Below the pieces are notes generated by a model. That model had not been told where the DNA came from. It did no database searches and worked only from the letters and a program-made list of their open reading frames with translations. Position numbers and translations under genes: made by a program. From assembly GCA_001724265.1 (NCBI GenBank), contig MEDY01000073.1:121483-141482 (forward strand): a DNA stretch of 20,000 nucleotides, written 5' to 3'. Below, piece after piece: positions 12,001 to 19,882 of this stretch. Source of the stretch: Rhizaria sp. SCN 62-66. Lineage: Eukaryota. Numbering within the stretch: position 1 is the stretch's first letter; every line of letters begins with the position of its first letter.

Positions 12001-15000
12001 GGCGCGGAGGCGCGCACGGCGGATGCTCGCGTCAACGTTACCCGTGCCCGCGCCACCGGCGGCAGCGCCAGCAGTAGGAGCCGCGGGGCTCTTGATCACG
12101 GCGTTAGGCGCGGCCTGCGTGGAGGCGTTGTTGCCCACAGTGCGCGCGAGCAGCGAGCCGGCCGTGGCCGTGTCGGGGTGCGTGCTCTTGTACGCAATCT
12201 CGTCCGCGGCCGCAATGGTCGTCGTGGTCGGCACGAGCAGCGCCCAGGCGCCGGACTCGACGGGTGCTGGCAGGTCAAGCTGCGCACCAATCAAGTGCGC
12301 GAACATGAGCCACGACGCGCGCACCTCGGGCGTGAAGGTCAGGCCCAGCGCGTTGGCTACGGCCGAGTTCAGCGAGGTGATGGCCGTCCGCCACTGCGAG
12401 ACGTCGCCACCGTTAGACACGAGGCGCGCGCGCAGAGCAGTCAGCACCGTCGCTGCTGCACGTGCGTGCGCGGGGAAGCGCACGGGCATCAGAATGCCCT
12501 CGACGTGAGCAACTAGGGCCGTCACAGTCTGCGCAAGCCACAGCGTCGTGGTCTGCAGCAGCGATGACGACTGGAGGAAATCCCAGTGCGATTTCATCGA
12601 TGTGTCGCCGTTCTCCTTGAACTTGGCCACGGCGTCGTGCGCGACTGCGCGGATGACCTTAGCCCACTCTTTAGCGAAGTCGCCGAGGCGGTCCGCGCCC
12701 GCGGCGGGCAGCTCGTGCAGCTTGTTTCGGTTGCCCGGCGCGCCGACATGGCGCGCGTTGGTGCCCAGCGGCGGCGAGCGGTTCGCTGCGCTGATCTCGA
12801 TCTGCGAGCCCATCGCACCGACGCCGCGCTTAAGCGTGAGGTGATGGCCGTTCTCGCCGCCGTCGTCGTCGCCAAAGCCAAAGCCGCGCGGCGGACGCAG
12901 ACCCATGTCCATGTAGCGCGCGTTGAGCTCGTGGCCCAGTCCTACGCCCTCGGTGTTGTCTGCATCCTCGTCGCCGGTAGACTTGTTGCCCGCGTTGTCG
13001 GCGTCGCTGCCGGTGCGCAGACGCAGATCCTTCGCGTTGAAGCCAGCGGTCGAGCTCGGAGCCGCGGCCTCATCACCTTCCTCGAGCACCTCGACGGTAA
13101 CGCCGGAGCGCGTACGCGCGTGACCAAGGCCGTCAGGTGGCATCAGCGTCTGCTCGTCCATGAGGAAGGCGGGCAGCTGGCCGGGGCGTGAGTCGACGCC
13201 GACGTCGCAGCCGGTGATGTTGGCCCACGAGCGCTTGAGCATGATCATGCGCTGGCCGTGCTGCAGCACGGCGTCGTGGTTGATCGCGCCCTCCTGCGCC
13301 AGCACGCGCGCCGCGTCGGACAGCGTCTTGAGCGAGCCCGCGACGGGGCGCGTCCAGTTATCACCCAGCACGGCGCGGCAGGCACATGCAAAGGCCGCCG
13401 AGAGCGTTGCCAGAGTGTCGCGGCACGACGCCATCGTGATGCGCGAAACGGCCGCGGCGGGGTCGGCGTTGCGCGCGCGGCTGCGGCTCACGGCCGAACG
13501 TGTCCCGCGGGCGCCGCCGTGGTGGCTGCTGCCCATGCGCCGGTTGCGCACGCTGTGCGTCGCAGAGACGCGGCTGCGACGGGAGCCGCGCGCGGCGCCG
13601 CCGTTGCCCCAGGCGCCACCAGCGCGCGCATTCGAGTCGTCGGAGCCGTCAGAGTCCGCATCGTCGTCGCTGAGGGGCGCGTCAGAGTCTTCGTCCTCGT
13701 CCTCGTCTTCGTCGTCGTATTCGCCGTCGTCGAAGTCGAGGTGGCCGCCCGCGGCGTCACCGTCAAGCCCGTCAGCAACGCCCACAAGCATCTCCTCAAC
13801 TGAAAAGCCGACGGTGAGCCCGGCCGAGGTTAGCGGCGCGCTCGTGTCCATGCTAGGGTCGTGATCCAAGTCGATGCCGAAGTCGCCCAGAAAGTGCGCT
13901 TTGAGCGCCATCAGGTCAACGTCGTCGGGCAGCCCGACGCCCGAGGCCGCAGCGCTGGCGGCGGCGGCAGCACCCTTGGCGCCTAGCACCGTGCGCAGCA
14001 TGACCATGCTGAGGTGCGCGGGCGAGGTCCCCGCGGGCACGGCCGATCCGTCGATGATGCCGTTGCGTCCGCTGGCCTGAGCGAGATCTTGTGAACCGGT
14101 CAGGATGGCCAGCTTGGCACCGAGCGCGCGCCACATGGAGCAGAGCTCGGGCGGCAGTACGTCGCCGTGTAGCGACGCCGCGACGAAGGGCGTCGCGTGG
14201 CGCGTGGCGAGGTAGTGCGCGTCGAGGCTGTGCAGGCGCGCCGTGGCCGCGCGCGGGGGCGGCAGGAATGGCAGCCCCGAGACTGGGAGCGTGCACGGAG
14301 GCTCGAACGGCGCCGGGTCGCGCATCACCTGCGGCTGCGGCGCGTCGCCGTCGCGCATTGAGGCCTTGGCCACGCGGTCGCGCTCGGCCGCGGCGAGGCG
14401 CTCCTTCTCCTGGTGCTGTTCCATGAGCGCGCGCAGCTCCGCCGCCTGGCGCTGCTCCATATCGGAGCGAATCTCTTGCAGCCCGGTAAACAGCGCGTCG
14501 ACGCGGATGATTGACTCGACCGTGGGCGCGGCGCGGGACTCGCCGACGGGCCCGGTGCCCGCGTTGGTGGGCGAGCCGGGCGCAGCCTGGCCCGTGGACT
14601 TAAAGGCGCCGAGCATGTCCATGACCTTGCTGGCGTCACGCGGGCGCGGCGAGCCAATGCCACCTGCGGAGGTGGCCGCGGCGACGACGCGGTCGAGCGC
14701 GTCGCCGGAGCGGTGCGCGGCAAGCCAGGCCACTGTAGCGTGCGCAGCCTTAAGGTATAGCCGCTGCACGTGCCAGATCGGGTCTGCCTCATCGTCGAGA
14801 GCGTCGAGCAGCATCAGCTCGCCGATCACGATCGCGGCCTCGGGCGCCGCGCGAGTCGCGTCGGGCTCGGTGCCCACCGCGGCGGCGCGCTGCGAGCGGG
14901 CCAGCGCCGCCGCGGCCGCGTCCGTGGCCTTGCCGGTGACCGAGGCGACGTGGCCCGCGGCGCGCGCGGCGGCGGTCATGGCCGCGGCGACGACCTGGTC

Positions 15001-16134
15001 GAGGCGAAGCGGGATCGCGGCCGCCAGCCCGAGCCCCGCGTTGGCGTTGCTGTCGGCGGCCGCGAGCGCGGTGGCGGCCGCGGTGGGCGAGCTCAGCGAG
15101 AACGCGCCCGCGCCCTCAGAGGGCGAGCGCGGCGCTGCGTCGGCGGCCGACAGCGGCGGCTGCGAGAAGTCAGCAGTTGGCGACCCGGGGCCCTGCAGCG
15201 GCAGCGGACCCGGCGCGCCAGTGGGCGAGAAAGGCTGCTGGCCCGCAGCCGAGCTGAGCGCGCTGGCGGCGACGGTGGCGACGGCCGTGGCCAAGGGCAC
15301 CTCGCGGACGACGAAGCCTGCGCCGCCCGCGGCCGAGACCGCAGAGTGCCCCGCAGCGGCGGCGTCTGAGCTGGACAGCAGCGCGCGCGCAAGCACTTCG
15401 GGTACGGACAGGCGCAGGCTGTCGTAGGAGGCCAGGGTGAGCGGGCCCAGCTGCGTCGCCATGACCGACGCCGCCGCGGCGGACGCGCCCACGGTCTTGC
15501 TCGCGACGGCGCCCGTCGCGCCCGCGCCGCCTGCCGGGCCCGCGGCAACGGCGGCGCTGCTAGAGCTGGTGAAGGCGGAGGTCGACGCGGCGGCGGCGGC
15601 GGCGCGGGCCGCGGCGAGCGCTTGCGCGTTGGCGGCGGCCGAGGGGAAGAGGCGGCAAGTGTTGGTCACGGCCTTGAACGCGTTGTAGGCGGCGCGGAAG
15701 GCGGCGACGAAGGCAAGCCTGCGGTCGAGAAGCGCAGTCCACGCGTGTGCCATGTGCGCCACGGCCACAGGGTCGTGGAACGGATGCGTGCTGCCCACAC
15801 CGTCGTTGAGGCTCTGCACGGCCGCGGCGGCCGCGGCGGCGGCATCGGCGGCCGCCTTGGCCTGATGCGCCTGCGCCTGCGCCTGCGCGCGCCGCGCCAT
15901 CTCGGGCGACGACAGGCTCGCGGCTGAAGGCACGAACAGAGTTGCAGCCGCGCCAGGGGTCGGCACAACGGCGGCCGCGGCGGCGTCCTTGGCGGGCGCC
16001 TGCGCGACGAGCGCAAGCGCAGCATCAGTCGCCGCGGGCTGGGTCGGGGAGCCGCCCGGAGGCGAGCCGCTGGGCGCCGCCGCGGGGGCGGTCGCGGCGG
16101 ACGCGGTCGCGGGCAGCGCGGCGGGTGAGGCAAG
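1..16134 (-). CDS. Exon 4, part after the TAG: 5,378 open codons running off the window edge
   Basis: Stop-free frame in register with the upstream part, with the same codon usage and several globin-like motifs. Missing from the ORF track because it has no stop inside the window. Confidence 0.88.
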
Positions 16135-16754
16135 CTACGGCGCGTCCGGGTCGAGCGCAAGCCCGACGGCCGTCGCGGCGCCCGCGGCCTTGGCGGCGCC
16201 GACGGGGCCCGAGGCCACGATGGCGGGCGCGGCCGCGGCGTCGGGGCCCGCCCTGCGCGGCGTGAACACGATCGGGCCCGCGGGTGAGGTCTCAACGCCA
16301 GACGCGGCGGCGGCGGCGGCGGCCGCGGCGGCGGTGCGAGCGGCGCCGCGGGCGCCCTGCGCGGCTACGGCGGCCTCGCGCGGAGACATGCCCGACGCCG
16401 CGGCGGCCGACAATACAAGCCGCAAACTCGTCGAGTGCCCGGGCGACAGGCTGCCGTTAGTCCCGCTGGCGCCGCGCGAGAGCATCGGCGTCGCGGGGTT
16501 GGTCTCGGTACCCGCAGCGGCGGCGGCGGCGGCGGCGGCGGCCTCGTCCTCGGCGTCAAAACCGTCGAGCACTGCCGCGAGCGTGATGTCGAGCGCCTCG
16601 CCGACCCAGAAGAGCAGCCGCGTCCACGCCTCCTCGCACTCAGGCGTCCACACCGCGGTGGCGGCCACCGCGGGTGCAGCGCCAGCGCCGGCGCCGGGCG
16701 GGGCGGGCGCGATACGGCGGGCCGAGTGCGGGGGCGCCACGGCCGCCGCGCCGC

Positions 16755-16787
<33 letters not shown>

Positions 16788-18336
16788 GGGCGAGGACACG
16801 GCGCGCCGAGAGCATGTTGCTGCTGGAGCCGGCGGTCGAGCCGGGCCCCACACCGGCGGCCGCGGGGGTGACCAGCTCGATCGCCTCGTCGGGCTCGTCC
16901 GAGATCACCACCACGCGCTTCTTCTCGCTGCTCGCGGCGTCGCCGCCGGCGCCGGCAGACTGGGCGGCGTACTTTGCGCCCCCGCCCGTGACGGTCGGCG
17001 CAGGCGCCGTGGCGGGGGCGGGCGCGGGCGCGGCGGCGCGGCGCGAACGTGAAGGCCCGAAGCACGAGCAGCAGTCGCCGTCGTCGTCGTCGTCGGGGTT
17101 CGCGGTAGCGGCGAGCTTCTTGCTGTTCTTGCCCTCCTTGCCGTCCTTGGCGTCCTTGCTGCTGCCGGCCGCGCCGCTCTTGTCACCGGCTGCGGCGGCG
17201 GAGGCGGCGGCCTTGGCGGTGGCGCCGGCTGCAGAGGCCGGGGGCTTGGCAACGTTGCGGCGCGGGCTGGGCATCACGGTGCGGCCCGTCAGCATGTCGC
17301 CGTCCTCGTCGTCGGTGCCGGCGCCGCTGCGGTGGTCGTCGTCATCGTTGTCTTCGTTGCAGTTGTCGGGCAGCGAGGGGAGCGCCGCGGGCGTAGCGTT
17401 GCCGCTGGCCGTGAAGGGCACCACGGCGTCAGGGTCCGCCGTGGGCGAGAAAGCACCCGCAGCGGGCGTGCCGCCGGCCCCGTCGGCGGGCTCGGCCCAG
17501 GCCGAGGGCGCGGCGGCTGCGTGCGCGTCGGCTGCAGTGAGCCGCAGCCACTCGTCCTTGATCACAGAGCCCGCGAGGGTCATCAGCGGGATGCAGAAGT
17601 CGTCGCCCACCGAGGCCTCGGCAAGGCGGTAGCCAACATCTTGAATCTGCGAGGGGGGACGCAGGGCGACACGGCGTCGCAAGTGAGGTGAGCGCAGTAA
17701 GAATGGAGCGAAGAGAGTTAGGAGGAGCAAAAGAAAACAAGACGGGGGTGTCAAGAGGAGAGATAGAGGCGTACCTGTTCACTGATGTTAGCGGGGTTGT
17801 CAATGTTCTTGATAGAGACACTGATAATGTCGACAAAGTCACCGACAATAGTCTACAAGGCGCATAGGAAGAGTGTTAAAGAGGGATTATGTGAGAGTTT
17901 AGGTGAGCTTATCAAGAAACGGCCGACAGAGCATGTTATGACCACTCTCAAGCAACGCGCAATCACGGGACCAAATGCGTGCGGGTACGTACCTCGTGCT
18001 GGTCACTAGGAGCGCGGTCAGCAAGACTACTGTTCTCAGGGAGGAGAAGCTGCGCAGGGTGGGGTAAGGAGCAAGTCACGTGAAGAAATGGTTAGCGTTC
18101 GGGAGGTGCGGACAGGTGCAGTACGGTTGAGCAAAGATACATAAGGAGAGGGATATATAGAAAATGAGCGTTTATAACGCATATTTTGATCTCATGACAT
18201 TTGACGATGCAGAACCTCTGTACGCGATGCAAAAGAGGAGACGTACCTTTTTAAGCAGCTGCTCTTTGAGAGTAGAGGTGTTGTGCTGAATTCGAGCCCA
18301 AGTACCCGTCACCAGGTGCTTGTTCGGCAAAGCCAT
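1..18336 (-). CDS. Giant multi-globin-domain protein, 3'-truncated by the window edge. Exons 18336-18247, 18049-17993, 17852-17775, 17646-<1; at least 5,957 codons with one in-frame TAG at 16135-16137
   Basis: I read the minus frame whose codons sit at + positions 1 mod 3 and found no TAA/TAG/TGA between 16134 and 1. The ORF track also lists no terminated ORF in this frame there. The long + strand ORFs starting at 2 mod 3 are its wobble-aligned shadows. The spliced N-terminus reads MALPNKHLVTGTWARIQHNTSTLKEQLLKK/LLLPENSSLADRAPSDQHE/TIVGDFVDIISVSIKNIDNPANISEQ/IQDVGYRLAEASVGDDF, a coherent globin-like A-F helix pattern. Globin motifs recur downstream. Confidence 0.85.
100..1830 (-). other. Globin domain with Phe CD1, His E7 and His F8, split by insertions (within the giant CDS)
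   Basis: A-like YLDQIWRDWSSTV; B/C/CD LLRRLFLLDKRTLALF (Phe 1369-1371); E helix LDSHTQVIVNAVEFVVREM (His 1345-1347); F-G LEEYLAKLGVSHLRYAVRLSFFQSFEAALVGSVKQL (His 742-744); possible H helix PRLAAFHRAYASRLIAAASL near 100-160. Confidence 0.78.
3652..4518 (-). other. Globin domain with distal and proximal His retained (within the giant CDS)
   Basis: A helix VVVQLRATWSRAL; B/C SEIIFRSFYAIHPESRLLM; E helix DQVQH (His 4375-4377); F-G SALEQCGGRHAVYYRVQSDTFAGLAFVMLCLLQFAMGDDW (His F8 4183-4185); after an insertion of about 120 aa, H helix VGPRVADAWLQALVYVCACMREGA. Confidence 0.8.
9394..11060 (-). other. Degenerate, expanded globin-like domain
   Basis: H-helix-like IWSRDVQASWLWLATWLSDVVAEG (9394-9465); EF-G-like QDPDGFFAAMSHAY...AVPPAFFSALYRAIEEW (10261-10374); weak A-like ALLRASRGFFHLWGRV (about 11000-11050). 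Confidence 0.5.
12277..13251 (-). other. Degenerate globin-like domain, probably not heme-binding
   Basis: A-like RMIMLKRSWANI (13216-13251); F-like VLTALRARLVSNGG with Leu at the expected His F8; clear G-H segment WRTAITSLNSAVANALGLTFTPEVRASWLMFAHLIGAQL. Confidence 0.65.
13285..15775 (-). other. Degenerate, heavily expanded globin-like domain
   Basis: A-B-CD-like AVAHMAHAWTALLDRRLAFVAAFRAAY...CRLFP (15643-15770); F-like LMALKAHFLGDFGI (about 13875-13915); G-H-like LSAAFACACRAVLGDNWTRPVAGSLKTLSDAARVLAQEGA. It may represent more than one domain. Confidence 0.5.
16135..17646 (-). CDS. Exon 4, part up to the in-frame TAG (a 578-aa product if TAG terminates)
   Basis: Acceptor TCGCAG|ATT at 17647/17646; matches most of track ORF 16135..17754. 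Contains F/G-like 'IQDVGYRLAEASVGDDFCIPL' and H-helix-like 'VWTPECEEAWTRLLFWVGEAL'. Confidence 0.8.
16756..16785 (-). repeat. (CAG)10 microsatellite encoding poly-Gln
   Basis: Ten perfect ctg triplets on the + strand, in frame as Q10. Confidence 0.95.
17647..17774 (-). other. Spliceosomal intron 3 (128 nt, phase 0)
   Basis: GTACGC...CCTAAC...CCCCCCTCGCAG; pyrimidine-rich. Confidence 0.78.
17775..17852 (-). CDS. Exon 3 of the giant gene (26 codons, TIVGDFVDIISVSIKNIDNPANISEQ)
   Basis: Acceptor CCTTGTAG|, donor CAG|GTACGC; encodes a globin E-helix/EF-like segment ('IKNIDNP' resembles the common 'VKNLDDP'). Confidence 0.78.
17853..17992 (-). other. Spliceosomal intron 2 (140 nt, phase 0)
   Basis: GTACGT...TTTAAC...CCTTGTAG. 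Confidence 0.72.
17993..18049 (-). CDS. Exon 2 of the giant gene (19 codons, LLLPENSSLADRAPSDQHE)
   Basis: Acceptor GCGCAG| with a GCTAAC branch-like motif about 40 nt upstream (18091-18096); donor GAG|GTACGT; keeps the frame. Confidence 0.7.
18050..18246 (-). other. Spliceosomal intron 1 (197 nt, phase 0)
   Basis: GTACGT...GCTAAC...GCAG; lower GC, pyrimidine-rich on the coding strand. Confidence 0.72.
18247..18336 (-). CDS. Exon 1 of the giant gene (30 codons, MALPNKHLVTGTWARIQHNTSTLKEQLLKK)
   Basis: ATG at 18336-18334; ends AAG|GTACGT; encodes the globin A-helix-like segment 'HLVTGTWARI'. Confidence 0.8.
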
Positions 18337-18598
18337 TGTAAAATGGTGTAATTCAAACTTCTTTTTATACGAAAATGGTAGTCGTTTATCTACGTATAAT
18401 TTGTAGGACGAAAGAGAACTTTCGCAAACAAACTTCCTGACGCAGTCCCCTGCGGTGCCGCCTCGCCCCACAGTCCTCGTATCGCGACCGAAAATGTATT
18501 AAAATTCGAATACCAACACCAAATCATTTATATATTGAGTTGATTTCAGGGTATTATTTTTTAGCAGTATATATATACATTCTGTACTTTTGTGTCGG
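18337..18598. promoter_or_regulatory. Putative bidirectional promoter and 5' UTRs (262 bp between divergent ATGs)
   Basis: AT-rich spacer between head-to-head start codons, with TA-rich tracts at about 18527-18536 and 18568-18578 and a central GC-rich patch at about 18440-18490. Confidence 0.6.
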
Positions 18599-19677
18599 AT
18601 GTCTAGACGTCATATCACCGTCATTAAGCGGCAGCAGCCGCCGTCACACATCCCAGCCCCTTCATCCGCTCCCCAGATTGGACTTGGTTCTGTGTCACAT
18701 AGGGTACGTCAATAGATGTATGCAACGTTCAGCGACTTAGCCACTAGTATTTATAGTTGTAATTTATGTAATATTGTCTAAGCTCTTTCGTTTTCATCTT
18801 CTATTTCGTTATTCGTGTTCAGGTTCTTGCAGTAACAGTCGCGTCTGCCGCGTCCCACAACGCAAGGCTCCAGCGCGATGCCCCCATTCACTCTCCCGCT
18901 GACAGCGTCGCTCGTCAGTCAACCGTCCCTTCTAGGGCAGTCCCCCGTCCGCGCTCGCAGCCCTCACCCTTGCTTGCGACGTCGCACGCCGGCCGTGCGC
19001 TAGCATCCCTGTTTGTGCCCGCCACGGTAAACGCCGCCCCCGCACGCGCTGCCCCTGCAGCGCCGACCGCGCCGGCCTACACCCCGGACCGCATCGCGCT
19101 TGCGCGCGAGCTCAACGCGTCCCGCCGCGCCGCGTCGTTCGCTGCCCGTGCCGCCGGCGCCGCGCCGGAGGACGGCGGCTGGGTCGCGGCGGCGCCCGTG
19201 ACAGCCGCGGCGGCCGGCCCAGAGGCAGCGGCCGGCGCTGCGGCCGCGGCCGGCGGTGAGGACGAGGAGAACGGCCGCGGCGATGTCGGCGCCAGCGACG
19301 ACGGTGGCGACAGTTCGACGAGTGGCAGTAGTGGCGAAGATAGCGCTGGCAGCGGCAGCGACAGCGATGGCCATCGGCGCCGGCGTCACAGGAGCAGTGG
19401 TAGCGAAAGCAGCAGCAGTCGCCGCCACCGTAGTCGTGACCGCGACCGTGACCGTGACAGTTCCCGCCGCAGCCACAACAACAGCTCTCGGTCGCACAGC
19501 TCGAGCTCATCTCGCCACGAGAAGCGCGACAAGCGGGACAAAAGGAATAGGAAGGACAAGAAGGAGTCTCGGCACCGCAGTGACCGGGACCGCAGTGACC
19601 GTGATCGTAGCCATAGTGAACGGGACCGCAGTGACCGGGACCGTGAGTGTGACCGTGACCGCAGCAAGCGGTGGTGA
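18599..19677 (+). CDS. Two-exon gene (18599-18703, 18823-19677; 319 aa), low-complexity protein with an Arg/Ser/Asp/Lys-rich C-terminus, probably nuclear or splicing-associated
   Basis: ATG 18599; MSRRHITVIKRQQPPSHIPAPSSAPQIGLGSVSHR|GTACGT; pyrimidine tract and TTCAG acceptor at 18822; frame continues VLAVTVASAASHNARLQ into track ORF 18970..19677 and ends at TGA; RD/RS dipeptide repeats and basic NLS-like runs. Confidence 0.8.
18704..18822 (+). other. Spliceosomal intron (119 nt, phase 0)
   Basis: GTACGT donor, AT-rich body, long T/C tract, CAG acceptor. Confidence 0.82.
19575..19666 (+). repeat. Imperfect coding tandem repeat with a unit of about 15 nt (CGCAGTGACCGGGAC, encoding RSDRD)
   Basis: Repeated cgcagtgaccg(g/t)ga(c/t) units; a related GACCGT run lies at about 19432-19458. 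Confidence 0.8.
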
Positions 19678-19882
19678 TCACGCTGGCTGTTCGTTTACAC
19701 TCAACAATACTACCTAGCATATCATGTATTTATATTAGCGCATATATACACAGTCCATGTCCTGATATTGAAGTCCAGTCAAAAGTTGTTGAGAAGTTGG
19801 TTAGTGTATTTGTAGCGTTGTTGCGTGGATGATAGAGATAATGGCAATGAGTAAGAGGCAAATCTGCGGGAAGGCATTGAAT

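Noticed and set aside
15901-16134. Two separate genes, the first stopping at TAG and the second starting at ATG 15900
   Set aside because: The spacer would be very GC-rich, stop-free and in-frame coding-like, unlike the AT-rich spacers at 18337-18598 and 19678-19882. Disfavoured, but not excluded without transcript data.
16135-16137. Pyrrolysine or selenocysteine insertion
   Set aside because: Sec uses UGA, Pyl is not known in eukaryotes, and the site is in a low-complexity linker.
16756-16785. Poly-Cys or poly-Leu tract in + strand ORFs
   Set aside because: Antisense reading of the (CAG)10 poly-Gln repeat.
16100-16972. Intron removing the TAG (GTAGCT at the stop, or GTACGC near 16972)
   Set aside because: GTAGCT does not match the local donor consensus, the GTACGC site would delete the H-helix-like segment, and there is no AT-rich body or pyrimidine tract.
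52-17691. Many long + strand ORFs (e.g. 758-2419, 7919-9115, 14243-15427, 15989-17632)
   Set aside because: Antisense shadows of the GC-rich minus-strand gene. The longest share one wobble-aligned frame and none has recognisable motifs.
17647-17754. Signal-peptide-like N-terminus (MTPPSCFLLLLLTLFAPFLL) of track ORF 16135..17754
   Set aside because: Starts at TTG inside pyrimidine-rich intron 3. The real N-terminus comes from upstream exons and shows no signal peptide.
102-17848. Arg/Pro-rich minus-strand ORFs in the other two frames
   Set aside because: Off-frame translations of the same CDS, with composition typical of frame-shifted GC-rich codons.
19112-19720. Cys/His/Gly-rich, metallothionein-looking minus-strand ORF
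   Set aside because: Antisense shadow of the RD/RS/S repeats of the + strand gene.
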